A program made the translations under genes and the position numbers. The notes beneath the pieces were generated by a model. The model made no database searches. It was not told where the DNA came from and worked only from the letters and a program-made list of their open reading frames with translations. Below, one piece after another: positions 48,827 to 57,080 of a stretch of DNA of 64,000 bases; positions within the stretch are counted from its first letter, which is position 1; each line of letters starts with the position of its first letter. The stretch is from a virus: positions 1 to 64,000 of IMG/VR virus record IMGVR_UViG_3300021093_000054; one strand, 5' to 3'.

Positions 48827-49363
48827 TTATATTTGTTTCGAATATTCGTCTAGTTTGTCTTTCTCAGCTCTTGTTAATGAGCCAATTCCATTCTGTAAAA
48901 TCTTATCCAAAATTTCGTCAAGAGTCAAGTCACATACTTGATTTTTCAAAAATTCTTCAACACGAGTATTATGTTCTTCCATAAATTTCTTTATGTCAAA
49001 AATAGGTTTCTTATCCATAAATATTTCTTTAACACGATTTTTGGTTTTTGGTTTCCTACCTTTTTTGTTTAATTTCTTCAAATGTTCCAAGTGTTCTGGA
49101 AGCATATTTGATGTCATAAATTTTGTTGTCTGAACAAGAACATACATAAAATCTGGTTTTTCATTATGTATTAAATCAACGTAGATTGTAAGTTCTGGTT
49201 GACACATATCAGATTCAAAGTGAAATATTGTATGGTTGTCACCAAAGACATAGGTAATATCATCAGATTTTGAAATTGTTGACAGTTCTTCAGCGATTTT
49301 TTGGTTGGTTTCTTCTTTGTCCCAGTTATTGTCGCAGGGATAGACGAATAGTAAGTATTTCAT
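48827..49363 (-). CDS. Hypothetical protein with C-terminal DUF6576-like motif
   Basis: LDEILDKI...G..SLT..EK..L; own TATCTTTG promoter at 49384-49391. Confidence 0.7.
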   Translation of the reverse strand: MKYLLFVYPCDNNWDKEETNQKIAEELSTISKSDDITYVFGDNHTIFHFESDMCQPELTIYVDLIHNEKPDFMYVLVQTTKFMTSNMLPEHLEHLKKLNKKGRKPKTKNRVKEIFMDKKPIFDIKKFMEEHNTRVEEFLKNQVCDLTLDEILDKILQNGIGSLTRAEKDKLDEYSKQI

Positions 49364-49445
49364 AGATTTTTATTTTGGTTCAACAAAGATAGTGAAAATA
49401 TTGGTTTCTAAACTAACTTTTTTTAAAAAATATTTTCAGACTATA

Positions 49446-49744
49446 ATTGTGATTACATTTTATTTGTTGATGGTTCACAATAAACAACCTCTAAACCGAA
49501 CTAACTAAATAGTTGTGATTACCTTCCATTTAAGTATGATTCACAATTTTATTAAATATGGATAGTATATTGTCCGAGTTGTGATTACCTTTCATTTAAG
49601 GATGATTCACAATGCGCACTGCCGGTTTGTCCGAACGATTTTTGTTGTGATTACCTTTCATTTAAGGATGATTCACAATTTCAATCGTTGGGGATGAATT
49701 ATACGGCAGTTGTGATTACCTTTCATTTAAGGATGATTCACAAT
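49446..49744 (-). CRISPR. CRISPR array: 5 repeats (36 bp), 4 spacers (29, 30, 30, 30 bp)
   Basis: Minus-strand repeat ATTGTGAATCATCCTTAAATGAAAGGTAATCACAAC, identical at 49709-49744, 49644-49679 and 49578-49613, 2 mismatches at 49512-49547, degenerate at 49446-49481; the degeneracy gradient points away from tnpB. Confidence 0.97.
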
Positions 49745-49851
49745 GTGAATTAGGAAACTTTACTATTGAAAGGTTCTTATCATCAACAGAAGTTGTAACC
49801 AACTTCCTCCGAATAATTAAATTGGATGTCACACCACCCAGTTTTTGTTTC
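49745..49851 (-). ncRNA. Putative tracrRNA/omega-RNA-like scaffold and leader between tnpB and the array
   Basis: Hairpin GAAGUUG-GUUA-CAACUUC (49789-49806) and anti-repeat GUUGAUGAUAAGAACCUUUCA (49787-49767), complementary to the repeat 3' part UGAAAGGUAAUCACAAC. Confidence 0.65.
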
Positions 49852-51030
49852 CTATTTTTTTAAACTGTCAAAGAACTTTTTTGTCCCTAAATCTCTAATG
49901 TTTAAGGCAGCATTTAAATCTCTATTCAAAATTTCACCACAATTTTCACATTTCCAGATTCTATCTTTTAATTCTAAATTTTTATTAATTGTCCCACAAC
50001 AATTACATTTTTTACTTGTTGGTTCAAATCTACCAATTTCAACTAAATATTTTCCACTATTTTTTGTTTTATAACCAATCATAGTTTTAAATTTACCAAA
50101 ACCAACATCAATTATACTTCTATTCAATCCAGATTTTTGTTTTACATTTTTACCAGGATTTTCTTTTGTACCTTTACTTGATTTTGTCATCCCTTTAACA
50201 TTTAAATCTTCCATACAAATCAAATCATAATTATCTACTAATTTTTTTGATTCGTTATGTAAAAAATTTTCTCTTGTATTAGCTACATTTTCATGTATTT
50301 TTGAAATGTTTTTTTTTATTTTTTTATAGTTGTTTGACCCTTTTTTTGCTCTTGCTAATTTTCTTTGTAAGACAGTTAGGTGTTCTTGATTTTTAGTTAA
50401 ATGTTTTGGATTTTCTATTACTTCGTTATCTGATGTGACAACAAATGCTTTTACCCCCAAATCTATACCAACACTTTTTTTAACTTCAACTTTTTTAAAA
50501 TTATTTGTGTACTCAACCATAATTGAGACATAATATTTATTGTGTTTTTTTGAAATTGTTACGGTTTTGATTTTACCTTCAATAGGTCTATGATATTTAA
50601 TTTTAATTAATTTTTCAACCTTTGGTATTTTCAAATAGCCGTCATATGTAATATATAAATTTTTAGAATTTTGCTTTGTACTTGGTCTTGTTGTAAAACT
50701 TTGAGTGGTGTCGGATTCTTTTTTGAATTTTGGGTAACCCCCTTTATTTTTAAAAAAATTTTTATATGCCTTTGATAAGGCCTTCATTTCATTACAATAT
50801 ATGTTTACATCATATTCGTTTAGAAATGGTGCTTTTACTCTATAATTTTTTATATGATAATTTAATCCAAAATGTGATAAATTTGATTTACCACCCAACT
50901 GATAAATTTGTTTTTCACAATCTAAAGAAACATTATAAACATATCTTCCGGCTTTGAAAGCCCCTTCAAAATATTCTATTTGTTTCTCTGTTGGGTAAAT
51001 CCTATATTTATATGCTTTATTTTGTTTCAC
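49852..51030 (-). CDS. tnpB: TnpB-family RNA-guided nuclease, CRISPR-associated, RuvC intact
   Basis: AYKYRIYPT HTH; RuvC-I GIDLG, RuvC-II MEDL, Zn finger CNCCG..CENCG, RuvC-III RDLNAALNI; GTG start. Confidence 0.93.
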   Translation of the reverse strand: MKQNKAYKYRIYPTEKQIEYFEGAFKAGRYVYNVSLDCEKQIYQLGGKSNLSHFGLNYHIKNYRVKAPFLNEYDVNIYCNEMKALSKAYKNFFKNKGGYPKFKKESDTTQSFTTRPSTKQNSKNLYITYDGYLKIPKVEKLIKIKYHRPIEGKIKTVTISKKHNKYYVSIMVEYTNNFKKVEVKKSVGIDLGVKAFVVTSDNEVIENPKHLTKNQEHLTVLQRKLARAKKGSNNYKKIKKNISKIHENVANTRENFLHNESKKLVDNYDLICMEDLNVKGMTKSSKGTKENPGKNVKQKSGLNRSIIDVGFGKFKTMIGYKTKNSGKYLVEIGRFEPTSKKCNCCGTINKNLELKDRIWKCENCGEILNRDLNAALNIRDLGTKKFFDSLKK

Positions 51031-51049
51031 AATACAAATATAGGATTTA
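50996..51049. repeat. 14-bp perfect inverted repeat around the tnpB start codon
   Basis: taaatcctatattt (50996-51009) / aaatataggattta (51036-51049). Confidence 0.8.
51035..51042 (-). promoter_or_regulatory. TAnnTTTG promoter for tnpB (leaderless)
   Basis: TATATTTG-TATT-GTG, same 4-nt spacing as five other genes. Confidence 0.7.
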
Positions 51050-51053
51050 TTTT

Positions 51054-53432
51054 TTAATTGGTCAAAAGTTTTGAGATATTATTTTGTTTTGTAATTTTTA
51101 TCACACAATCTGCCCATTGTGAGACCATAGGATTGTGAGTTATTACAAACACTTTATCAAAGTATTCCTTAATCTTTACAAAAAATTCAGACACCATCTC
51201 CAAGTTGTCATTACTTATTTTACCAAATACTTCGTCGAATACAATCAGATTGGGTTTTGGTAGAGAACATACTTTACTCAAAACTGATCTTAAGGCGAGT
51301 GATGCAATTGTTTTTTCATATCCGGACCCACTAACCATTAACTTTTCAACACCAGTATTATTATCTACCTGGATAAACTCAACCTCGGATTTATCATTAA
51401 TTCTGATTTCTAATTTGAAGTAACAAGAATCTTCCATCAACCTTTGTAATTCAGAGTTAATAAGTGGCATCATAGTTTTCATAATAATTTTACTAACACC
51501 ATTCTTACCATAACTTTCAAGATACATTTTATAAATCTTATCCTTACTTTCTTCTTCTTTAATTTTTACAATTAAATTTTTGTTATTGGTAATCTTTTCC
51601 TTATTTGATTTAATTGTATATTCATTTGTGTTAATCTGGTTATTCTTTTCTTTTAAAAGTTTATCATAACTTTCAAGTTTCAAGTCAGCTTTAATTAACA
51701 TAGAATCAATCTGGTCGTTTGTTTTAATCTTGTCCTGGACCTCACCCCACCTTTTTAATTTATCTTCAAACCCAGAAATTTTCAAGTCACAACTTTCAAC
51801 ACTCAAATCATATTTTTCTTTGATAAGTTTGTTTTTCTCATACTCATCAAATTGTCTTTTTGTCTCAACAAATTCTTTTTCTTTGTTGGTTAAATCCGTC
51901 ATTAACTTCTCAATAACCTTTTTTTGTTGTGTAAATCCATCAAGTTCAGATATTTTTTGTTGTGTAATTGCTGCGTTCATAAGTTCAATTCCACAGTGTT
52001 CACATTTAATACCACCCTTTACTTCTGACTTTAATTTTTCAATACCAGAAATCTTTGTTTCAAGTTCTATTTTTGAATGGAACTTAGTTTTATACTCATC
52101 TTTTACTTTGTCGTGTTTATCTTCTTCATAAAATTGTTCTGGTTCAACAACCTTTAGTGTTGAAAGTAGGTCAACATAAGATTGTCTTTCTTTTTTCAAA
52201 GTTTCTATTTGTGATTTTGTTGTTTCTGGATTAAGTAAGGCAATTTCTTTATCGATGTCTGAATGTTTCTTTTTTAACATCGAATCTCTATAATCTTTTC
52301 CTTTTGCTATACCATCCTCAATTTCTTTTACTTCACTTTTAAGAATTTCAATTTGTCCTTCAAGTTCTGTGATTTTACTTTCAAAAGATTCAATATCTTG
52401 TTTTAATTCTTCTGAATTATAGATATTTGATAATTTTGACTTACTAAATGATGAATAAATTTCTTTTGCAACTTCTTCCTTTTTCTTTAAAAATTCAAGA
52501 CCCATAAATCTTGAAAGAACTTGTCCTCTGGCTGTTGGTTTTGCTTCTAATAATTCTTCTAGGTTTGTTGCCGTTGTAAGAATTGTCATTAAGAAATCTT
52601 CCTTGGTCCCAATTGAACTTTTAATGAAGGCTTCAGTTTCTCTTCTTTGTTCTCCGGTAAAGTTCTGTAAAGAACCATCGTGTAGTTTTTTAAAGAAATC
52701 AAGTTCTGTTTTAACATTCCATTCACCTTTCTTTGATTTTTTTCTTTCAATTTTTCTTAAAATTATATAATCTTCACCATCAATTGTGATTTCACCTTTA
52801 ACAACAACCTCATCTTTATCAGAAAATCTATTAAAAACTTCTTCAGCTTTTGATGTCTTTGTTGTTTCATTGAAGAACAAGAACATTAGTAAATCCACCG
52901 TAAGAACCGTCTTGCCACCAAAGTTTGGTGGGTCCGATTCAACAACAACAATTCCATTCAACTTGTCAAAATCAAGTCGTTGGTTTTCGCCATATGATAA
53001 GAAGTTGGAGAACTCAATGTTTCTTATGTACCACTTTTTAAACTGTGTTGTTTCAGAATCATCTTCTTTCATTTTATTCTCAACCATTTTATTCAAATCA
53101 AGAATTTCTGTAAGATGTTCTCCATACCCTTTGGATTCCAAAAATTTCTTTAACAAATCAAGTTGATAGTTAACGTCAGTTATGTTCATTGATACATCAA
53201 CTGTTTGCATAGTTTCTGTGTCAACATTTTTTACTTTTGTAACAACATTAACATTTGTAGTGTTATACTTTTTTTGAAAGTAGTGTTTAACACTCTTCAT
53301 TTTGTCTTGTGTGAAATTTTCTTGTAGGTCTTCCCACACCACCTGGATAGATGGGTTTTCAAACTTTGAAAAATCCAAATCTTTTATCATAATATTGTAA
53401 TTGTATAATTTTGGTGGATTAAATAAATCCAT
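51054..53432 (-). CDS. sbcC: SbcC/Rad50 (T4 gp46-like) ATPase with N-terminal extension
   Basis: FSNFLSYG, NFGGKT Walker A, long coiled coil with CEHC hook, SGYEK signature, VFDEVFG, ITH. Confidence 0.88.
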   Translation of the reverse strand: MDLFNPPKLYNYNIMIKDLDFSKFENPSIQVVWEDLQENFTQDKMKSVKHYFQKKYNTTNVNVVTKVKNVDTETMQTVDVSMNITDVNYQLDLLKKFLESKGYGEHLTEILDLNKMVENKMKEDDSETTQFKKWYIRNIEFSNFLSYGENQRLDFDKLNGIVVVESDPPNFGGKTVLTVDLLMFLFFNETTKTSKAEEVFNRFSDKDEVVVKGEITIDGEDYIILRKIERKKSKKGEWNVKTELDFFKKLHDGSLQNFTGEQRRETEAFIKSSIGTKEDFLMTILTTATNLEELLEAKPTARGQVLSRFMGLEFLKKKEEVAKEIYSSFSKSKLSNIYNSEELKQDIESFESKITELEGQIEILKSEVKEIEDGIAKGKDYRDSMLKKKHSDIDKEIALLNPETTKSQIETLKKERQSYVDLLSTLKVVEPEQFYEEDKHDKVKDEYKTKFHSKIELETKISGIEKLKSEVKGGIKCEHCGIELMNAAITQQKISELDGFTQQKKVIEKLMTDLTNKEKEFVETKRQFDEYEKNKLIKEKYDLSVESCDLKISGFEDKLKRWGEVQDKIKTNDQIDSMLIKADLKLESYDKLLKEKNNQINTNEYTIKSNKEKITNNKNLIVKIKEEESKDKIYKMYLESYGKNGVSKIIMKTMMPLINSELQRLMEDSCYFKLEIRINDKSEVEFIQVDNNTGVEKLMVSGSGYEKTIASLALRSVLSKVCSLPKPNLIVFDEVFGKISNDNLEMVSEFFVKIKEYFDKVFVITHNPMVSQWADCVIKITKQNNISKLLTN

Positions 53433-53435
53433 ATT

Positions 53436-53759
53436 TTATTTTTCTGATTCAGAAATTTGGTCTTCAACTTGTGGTTCTATTCTATCTTCAATTGAAAATC
53501 CACTACTATCAAATTGTGCTTCAAACATTTGAGTATTTTCTTCCTTAAATTCAACAATAGAATTCAACTCTACATCATTAACAATACTAAACGGAACTTC
53601 TTGTTCGCCAACCGAAACGTTAAGACTTTCAGCTTCTTGTTGTTCTGCCATTTGTTTCATCATTTTATTTAACGCATTCTGCATTGCATATCTTTCTTGT
53701 GTAATTCTTCTGTTTCGTTTTGCAACCTTTGCTCGGTGCTCTTTAGCTTTTTTTCCCAT
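53436..53759 (-). CDS. Hypothetical protein
   Basis: ORF track. Confidence 0.65.
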   Translation of the reverse strand: MGKKAKEHRAKVAKRNRRITQERYAMQNALNKMMKQMAEQQEAESLNVSVGEQEVPFSIVNDVELNSIVEFKEENTQMFEAQFDSSGFSIEDRIEPQVEDQISESEK

Positions 53760-53771
53760 TTTTATTTATAT

Positions 53772-54167
53772 TTAATCGTTTAAAATTTCTTGTTCAGTTT
53801 CTGGTTCTTCGTAGTGTTGGACTTTTTGTGGTCTATTTTCTTCAAACCATTCAATTATTGAATTTATCGCCCAGACAGATCCGGCCGATAACATTCCATC
53901 AAAAAATACGGAAACATATTCATTAAGTCCAATAAAATTATGAATAGGTGAAAAGAAAGTTAATGATAGAAAAAAACCAACCCATGTTGATGTACATAAC
54001 ATACATTGTATCAATTCTGAAATAAATTTTCCAAGACCATTAAAAGCCATGTAGTCACTATTACCCCAATTATGGATTGATTGTCTTAATCCGTTAAAAA
54101 TTGATCCGTAGACCAGAATGGTTGTCATTCCATATGCAACCAACATAAAAATTACTAATTGTATCAT
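53772..54167 (-). CDS. Membrane protein with CxxC (DUF1360-like)
   Basis: ELIQCMLCTSTWVG, TM helices. Confidence 0.65.
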   Translation of the reverse strand: MIQLVIFMLVAYGMTTILVYGSIFNGLRQSIHNWGNSDYMAFNGLGKFISELIQCMLCTSTWVGFFLSLTFFSPIHNFIGLNEYVSVFFDGMLSAGSVWAINSIIEWFEENRPQKVQHYEEPETEQEILND

Positions 54168-54805
54168 AATGTATCATTTAAATTTGAACCTCTCAAGAAT
54201 ACTGCATTTAATTTATTTTGTCTAGTATTTTGTAGGTCCTGGTTTATTTTTGTTAATTCTTTTATTTTATCATTTTTTTCCGTGAGTTCCTTTCTCAATT
54301 TTTGAAGTGTTTCCTGGAGCATTTTTTCATTGCTGTCGTCTAACTTAATGTCTAAACTTTGTCTAAATTCATCTAATTCTTTATCCTTTTTAGATATTTC
54401 ATCTTCCAACCTGGCGATTTTTTCACCAAGTTCATTTTCATTACTTTTATCATAAACAGTAACTACTTTTTCTACAATTTTTTCAACTGGAACTTCTTTA
54501 ATTATTTCTTTTTCAACAATAACTTCCTTTATAACCTCAATAGGAACTTCAACCCGTTTTTCAATAATAACTTCCTTTATTAATTGTTTTTCATCAATAA
54601 CATCAGTTTTTAAGTCATTTTTACCCTCATTAAGTGTTTCTCCTAATAATCCGTATTTTTTTATATCAAAACCTTGTTTAAAACATTTATATATAAAACC
54701 ATCAATGTCTTTAATTTTATTTTCAGAACAAAATGCCGACACTGTCTGCATTATCTTTTCATTAAAGATTTTTGAGTAATTCGGTTCCATTTTCAATATC
54801 GTCAA
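54164..54805 (-). CDS. Coiled-coil protein with EV(I/P)(K/V)E repeats
   Basis: IKEVIIEKRVEVPIEVIKEVIVEKEIIKEVPVEK. Confidence 0.65.
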   Translation of the reverse strand: MTILKMEPNYSKIFNEKIMQTVSAFCSENKIKDIDGFIYKCFKQGFDIKKYGLLGETLNEGKNDLKTDVIDEKQLIKEVIIEKRVEVPIEVIKEVIVEKEIIKEVPVEKIVEKVVTVYDKSNENELGEKIARLEDEISKKDKELDEFRQSLDIKLDDSNEKMLQETLQKLRKELTEKNDKIKELTKINQDLQNTRQNKLNAVFLRGSNLNDTL

Positions 54806-55541
54806 ATGAATTTATTGAGAATTTTAGAAATGGTCTTGGGTTTTCAAGATCGGTATATGTATATTCCTTGGTTTCGAAATCATAAATTCCGAACCCGTGG
54901 TTTCTAATACTTTCACCTATGTTCTGTTGAATTGGTGATCCAATCATATATCCTTTACCTGTTTTGAATTTAAATTCCTGTCTTTTATGAATATCACCAC
55001 ATAATACAATATCAAGTCCGTTGAACTTTTCAACATCATATGCTTCTTCACCAAAGTCAAACCCTAAATCCGTTTTCATGCCTTGGATTGGTCCGTGAAA
55101 TAAACCAACTTTAATACCTGTTGCAACATTCAAATCTGGTGGAATATTACCCTGGTATTGTGAATAAACACACCAACTAACATTTTCATCTTCATAAACA
55201 CCTCTATCTCTATAATAGACAATATTTTTGTTATTTAATGAATTAATTATTGGTGTTAAGGTATCCAGCCTATCTAAATTATTTATGAGTGCGTCGTGGT
55301 TCCCTGGGATGATAATTGTTTTTGTGATTTTGGAACATTCGGTCAATACCCAACTTACAATTTCTATTAATTCAGGACTAACAGTGTTTTTTGAATGAAC
55401 GAGGTCTCCAGTAAATACAATTCTATCTGGTTCAATCTCTCTCCATTGATTGAGTGCATCTTCCATAATTGACCTATAAAGGTCGTGGTCTTTAAATAAT
55501 CTGATATGAAGATCAGAGAAATGACAAATGGTTTTGATCAT
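54762..55541 (-). CDS. sbcD: SbcD/Mre11 (T4 gp47-like) nuclease
   Basis: SDLH, GDL, PGNHD, FHG, GDIHK, YMIGS..QQN.GE. Confidence 0.88.
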   Translation of the reverse strand: MIKTICHFSDLHIRLFKDHDLYRSIMEDALNQWREIEPDRIVFTGDLVHSKNTVSPELIEIVSWVLTECSKITKTIIIPGNHDALINNLDRLDTLTPIINSLNNKNIVYYRDRGVYEDENVSWCVYSQYQGNIPPDLNVATGIKVGLFHGPIQGMKTDLGFDFGEEAYDVEKFNGLDIVLCGDIHKRQEFKFKTGKGYMIGSPIQQNIGESIRNHGFGIYDFETKEYTYTDLENPRPFLKFSINSFDDIENGTELLKNL

Positions 55542-55632
55542 ATTGTTTGTTTTTTTAAAAAATATACAAAATATTTTAATTTTTCAATACTTAAAAGATA
55601 TGTATATATATAAATGTATTAATATTTTTATT

Positions 55633-56475
55633 ATGAAAAAAAATACTTGGACTAATGAAGAAATTGAATTTTTAAAGGTAAATTACCCAATAAAAGGTGT
55701 TGATTTTTGTGTTGATAATTTAAATTACACAAAATCTAAAATATTTGCAATGACTCACAAACTAAAACTTAAAATGTTACCTAACATTAAGAAAAAATAT
55801 ACGGGTAAACCAAACAATCTATGCAATGTAAATCCTTCAAAATTTGAAAATATTGTTGATAAAGATGTTTCTTATTTCCTTGGTTTGTTATGGGCTGATG
55901 GTCATATAATACATTACAAAAGAAATTACCATATTGTTTTAACTATGTTAGAAGATGATATTATGAATATTAAATGGATTTTAGATAAAGTTGGTAAATG
56001 GAACTATAATAAAATTAAAAAAGGGTCAGAAAACTGGAAAAATCAGATTCGGATTACAACAAACAATAAGAGAATATACGATATATTATATAAATATGAT
56101 TTTACTAAAAAATCAAAGTTTTCACCAGAAAAGTTGTTAAATTCTATACCTAATGAACTACATAGTTACTTTTATTTGGGACTCATAGATGGTGATGGTT
56201 GTTTTTACATCGGTAGAACAAAAAAATCAACAGTAAGACAATTTTCAATTTCATCAACCTACGAACAAGATTGGTCTTATCTTGAAAAATTGTTTAATTC
56301 AATGGATATCAAATTTTCTATTAATAGGTATAATAGGAAATCTGGTAGTTCTTATTCTTTTATTAGAGTTTCAAATAAAAAAGACATTACAAAAATTGGT
56401 GAATATATCTATAAAGATATTGATAGATTTGGTTTAGATAGAAAGTTTTTTAAGTACAACCAAATAATTTCATAA
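55633..56475 (+). CDS. Free-standing double-motif LAGLIDADG homing endonuclease
   Basis: YFLGLLWADG and FYLGLIDGDG; N-terminal WTNEEIEFLK; opposite strand to neighbours; start moved to 55633. Confidence 0.85.
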   Translation: MKKNTWTNEEIEFLKVNYPIKGVDFCVDNLNYTKSKIFAMTHKLKLKMLPNIKKKYTGKPNNLCNVNPSKFENIVDKDVSYFLGLLWADGHIIHYKRNYHIVLTMLEDDIMNIKWILDKVGKWNYNKIKKGSENWKNQIRITTNNKRIYDILYKYDFTKKSKFSPEKLLNSIPNELHSYFYLGLIDGDGCFYIGRTKKSTVRQFSISSTYEQDWSYLEKLFNSMDIKFSINRYNRKSGSSYSFIRVSNKKDITKIGEYIYKDIDRFGLDRKFFKYNQIIS

Positions 56476-56478
56476 ATT

Positions 56479-56718
56479 TTACATTACAATTTTTGGTGGT
56501 GTTCCTAAATCATCGTATCCATCTTCCTTGAATGGGTTTGGTGGTACAGGTACTGGTTCAAATCTGGGCGGAGCAATTGTTCTTGGATTTGAAAAAAATG
56601 GATCAACATCTTTGACTATATTCATTTTTTCAACTATAGGTGTGATGTCTATGTTTTTGTTTTCAAGTTTACCGTACAAGTAACCTTCTAACCAGGCAAA
56701 AAATTCTTTGTGTGTCAT
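56479..56718 (-). CDS. Hypothetical protein
   Basis: MTHKEFFAWLEGY motif. Confidence 0.65.
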   Translation of the reverse strand: MTHKEFFAWLEGYLYGKLENKNIDITPIVEKMNIVKDVDPFFSNPRTIAPPRFEPVPVPPNPFKEDGYDDLGTPPKIVM

Positions 56719-56900
56719 ACTAATTCTCTATTATAAAGATTTACTAAAATAATTCTTGCGAATTTAAAATCTTTAGCTTTATTTAATTTTAATCCATAAG
56801 CAAGTGCTACACTTTTAAGGTGTGGATATGCTTCACTTATTGTCATTTTTCCTATTTCCATATTAATCAAATAATTCAAATTCTTCATTAACAAATCCAC
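56715..56900 (-). CDS. Hypothetical protein
   Basis: ORF track; real start probably MEIGK. Confidence 0.5.
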   Translation of the reverse strand: MDLLMKNLNYLINMEIGKMTISEAYPHLKSVALAYGLKLNKAKDFKFARIILVNLYNRELV

Positions 56901-57075
56901 AGTTGTTACACATATAAGTTGGAAATGGGACTATGGTATCTTCATGACTTCCGGTTAATAGTTTTGGTACTTTCTTCAATAATACAACTTCTTTAAAATA
57001 CTTTGATTTACATTCTGTGCATTGAATTGTTTCTTGTTCTCTTAAATTGATTTTTGGTTTAATAATGTCTTCCAT
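56863..57075 (-). CDS. Zn-ribbon protein
   Basis: CTEC...CNNCG. Confidence 0.7.
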   Translation of the reverse strand: MEDIIKPKINLREQETIQCTECKSKYFKEVVLLKKVPKLLTGSHEDTIVPFPTYMCNNCGFVNEEFELFD

Positions 57076-57080
57076 TTTAT

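Noticed and set aside
49570-49634. Shared 8-mer TTGTCCGA in two adjacent spacers
   Set aside because: Too short, and at different positions in the two spacers; probably chance
49745-51053. Ordinary IS200/IS605 or IS607 insertion
   Set aside because: No transposase, almost no space for a left end, and the right flank is a regular repeat-spacer array; a derived non-autonomous origin is still possible
55528-56475. Group I intron or intein around the LAGLIDADG gene
   Set aside because: Flanking genes look complete and lie on the other strand; no splicing elements recognised
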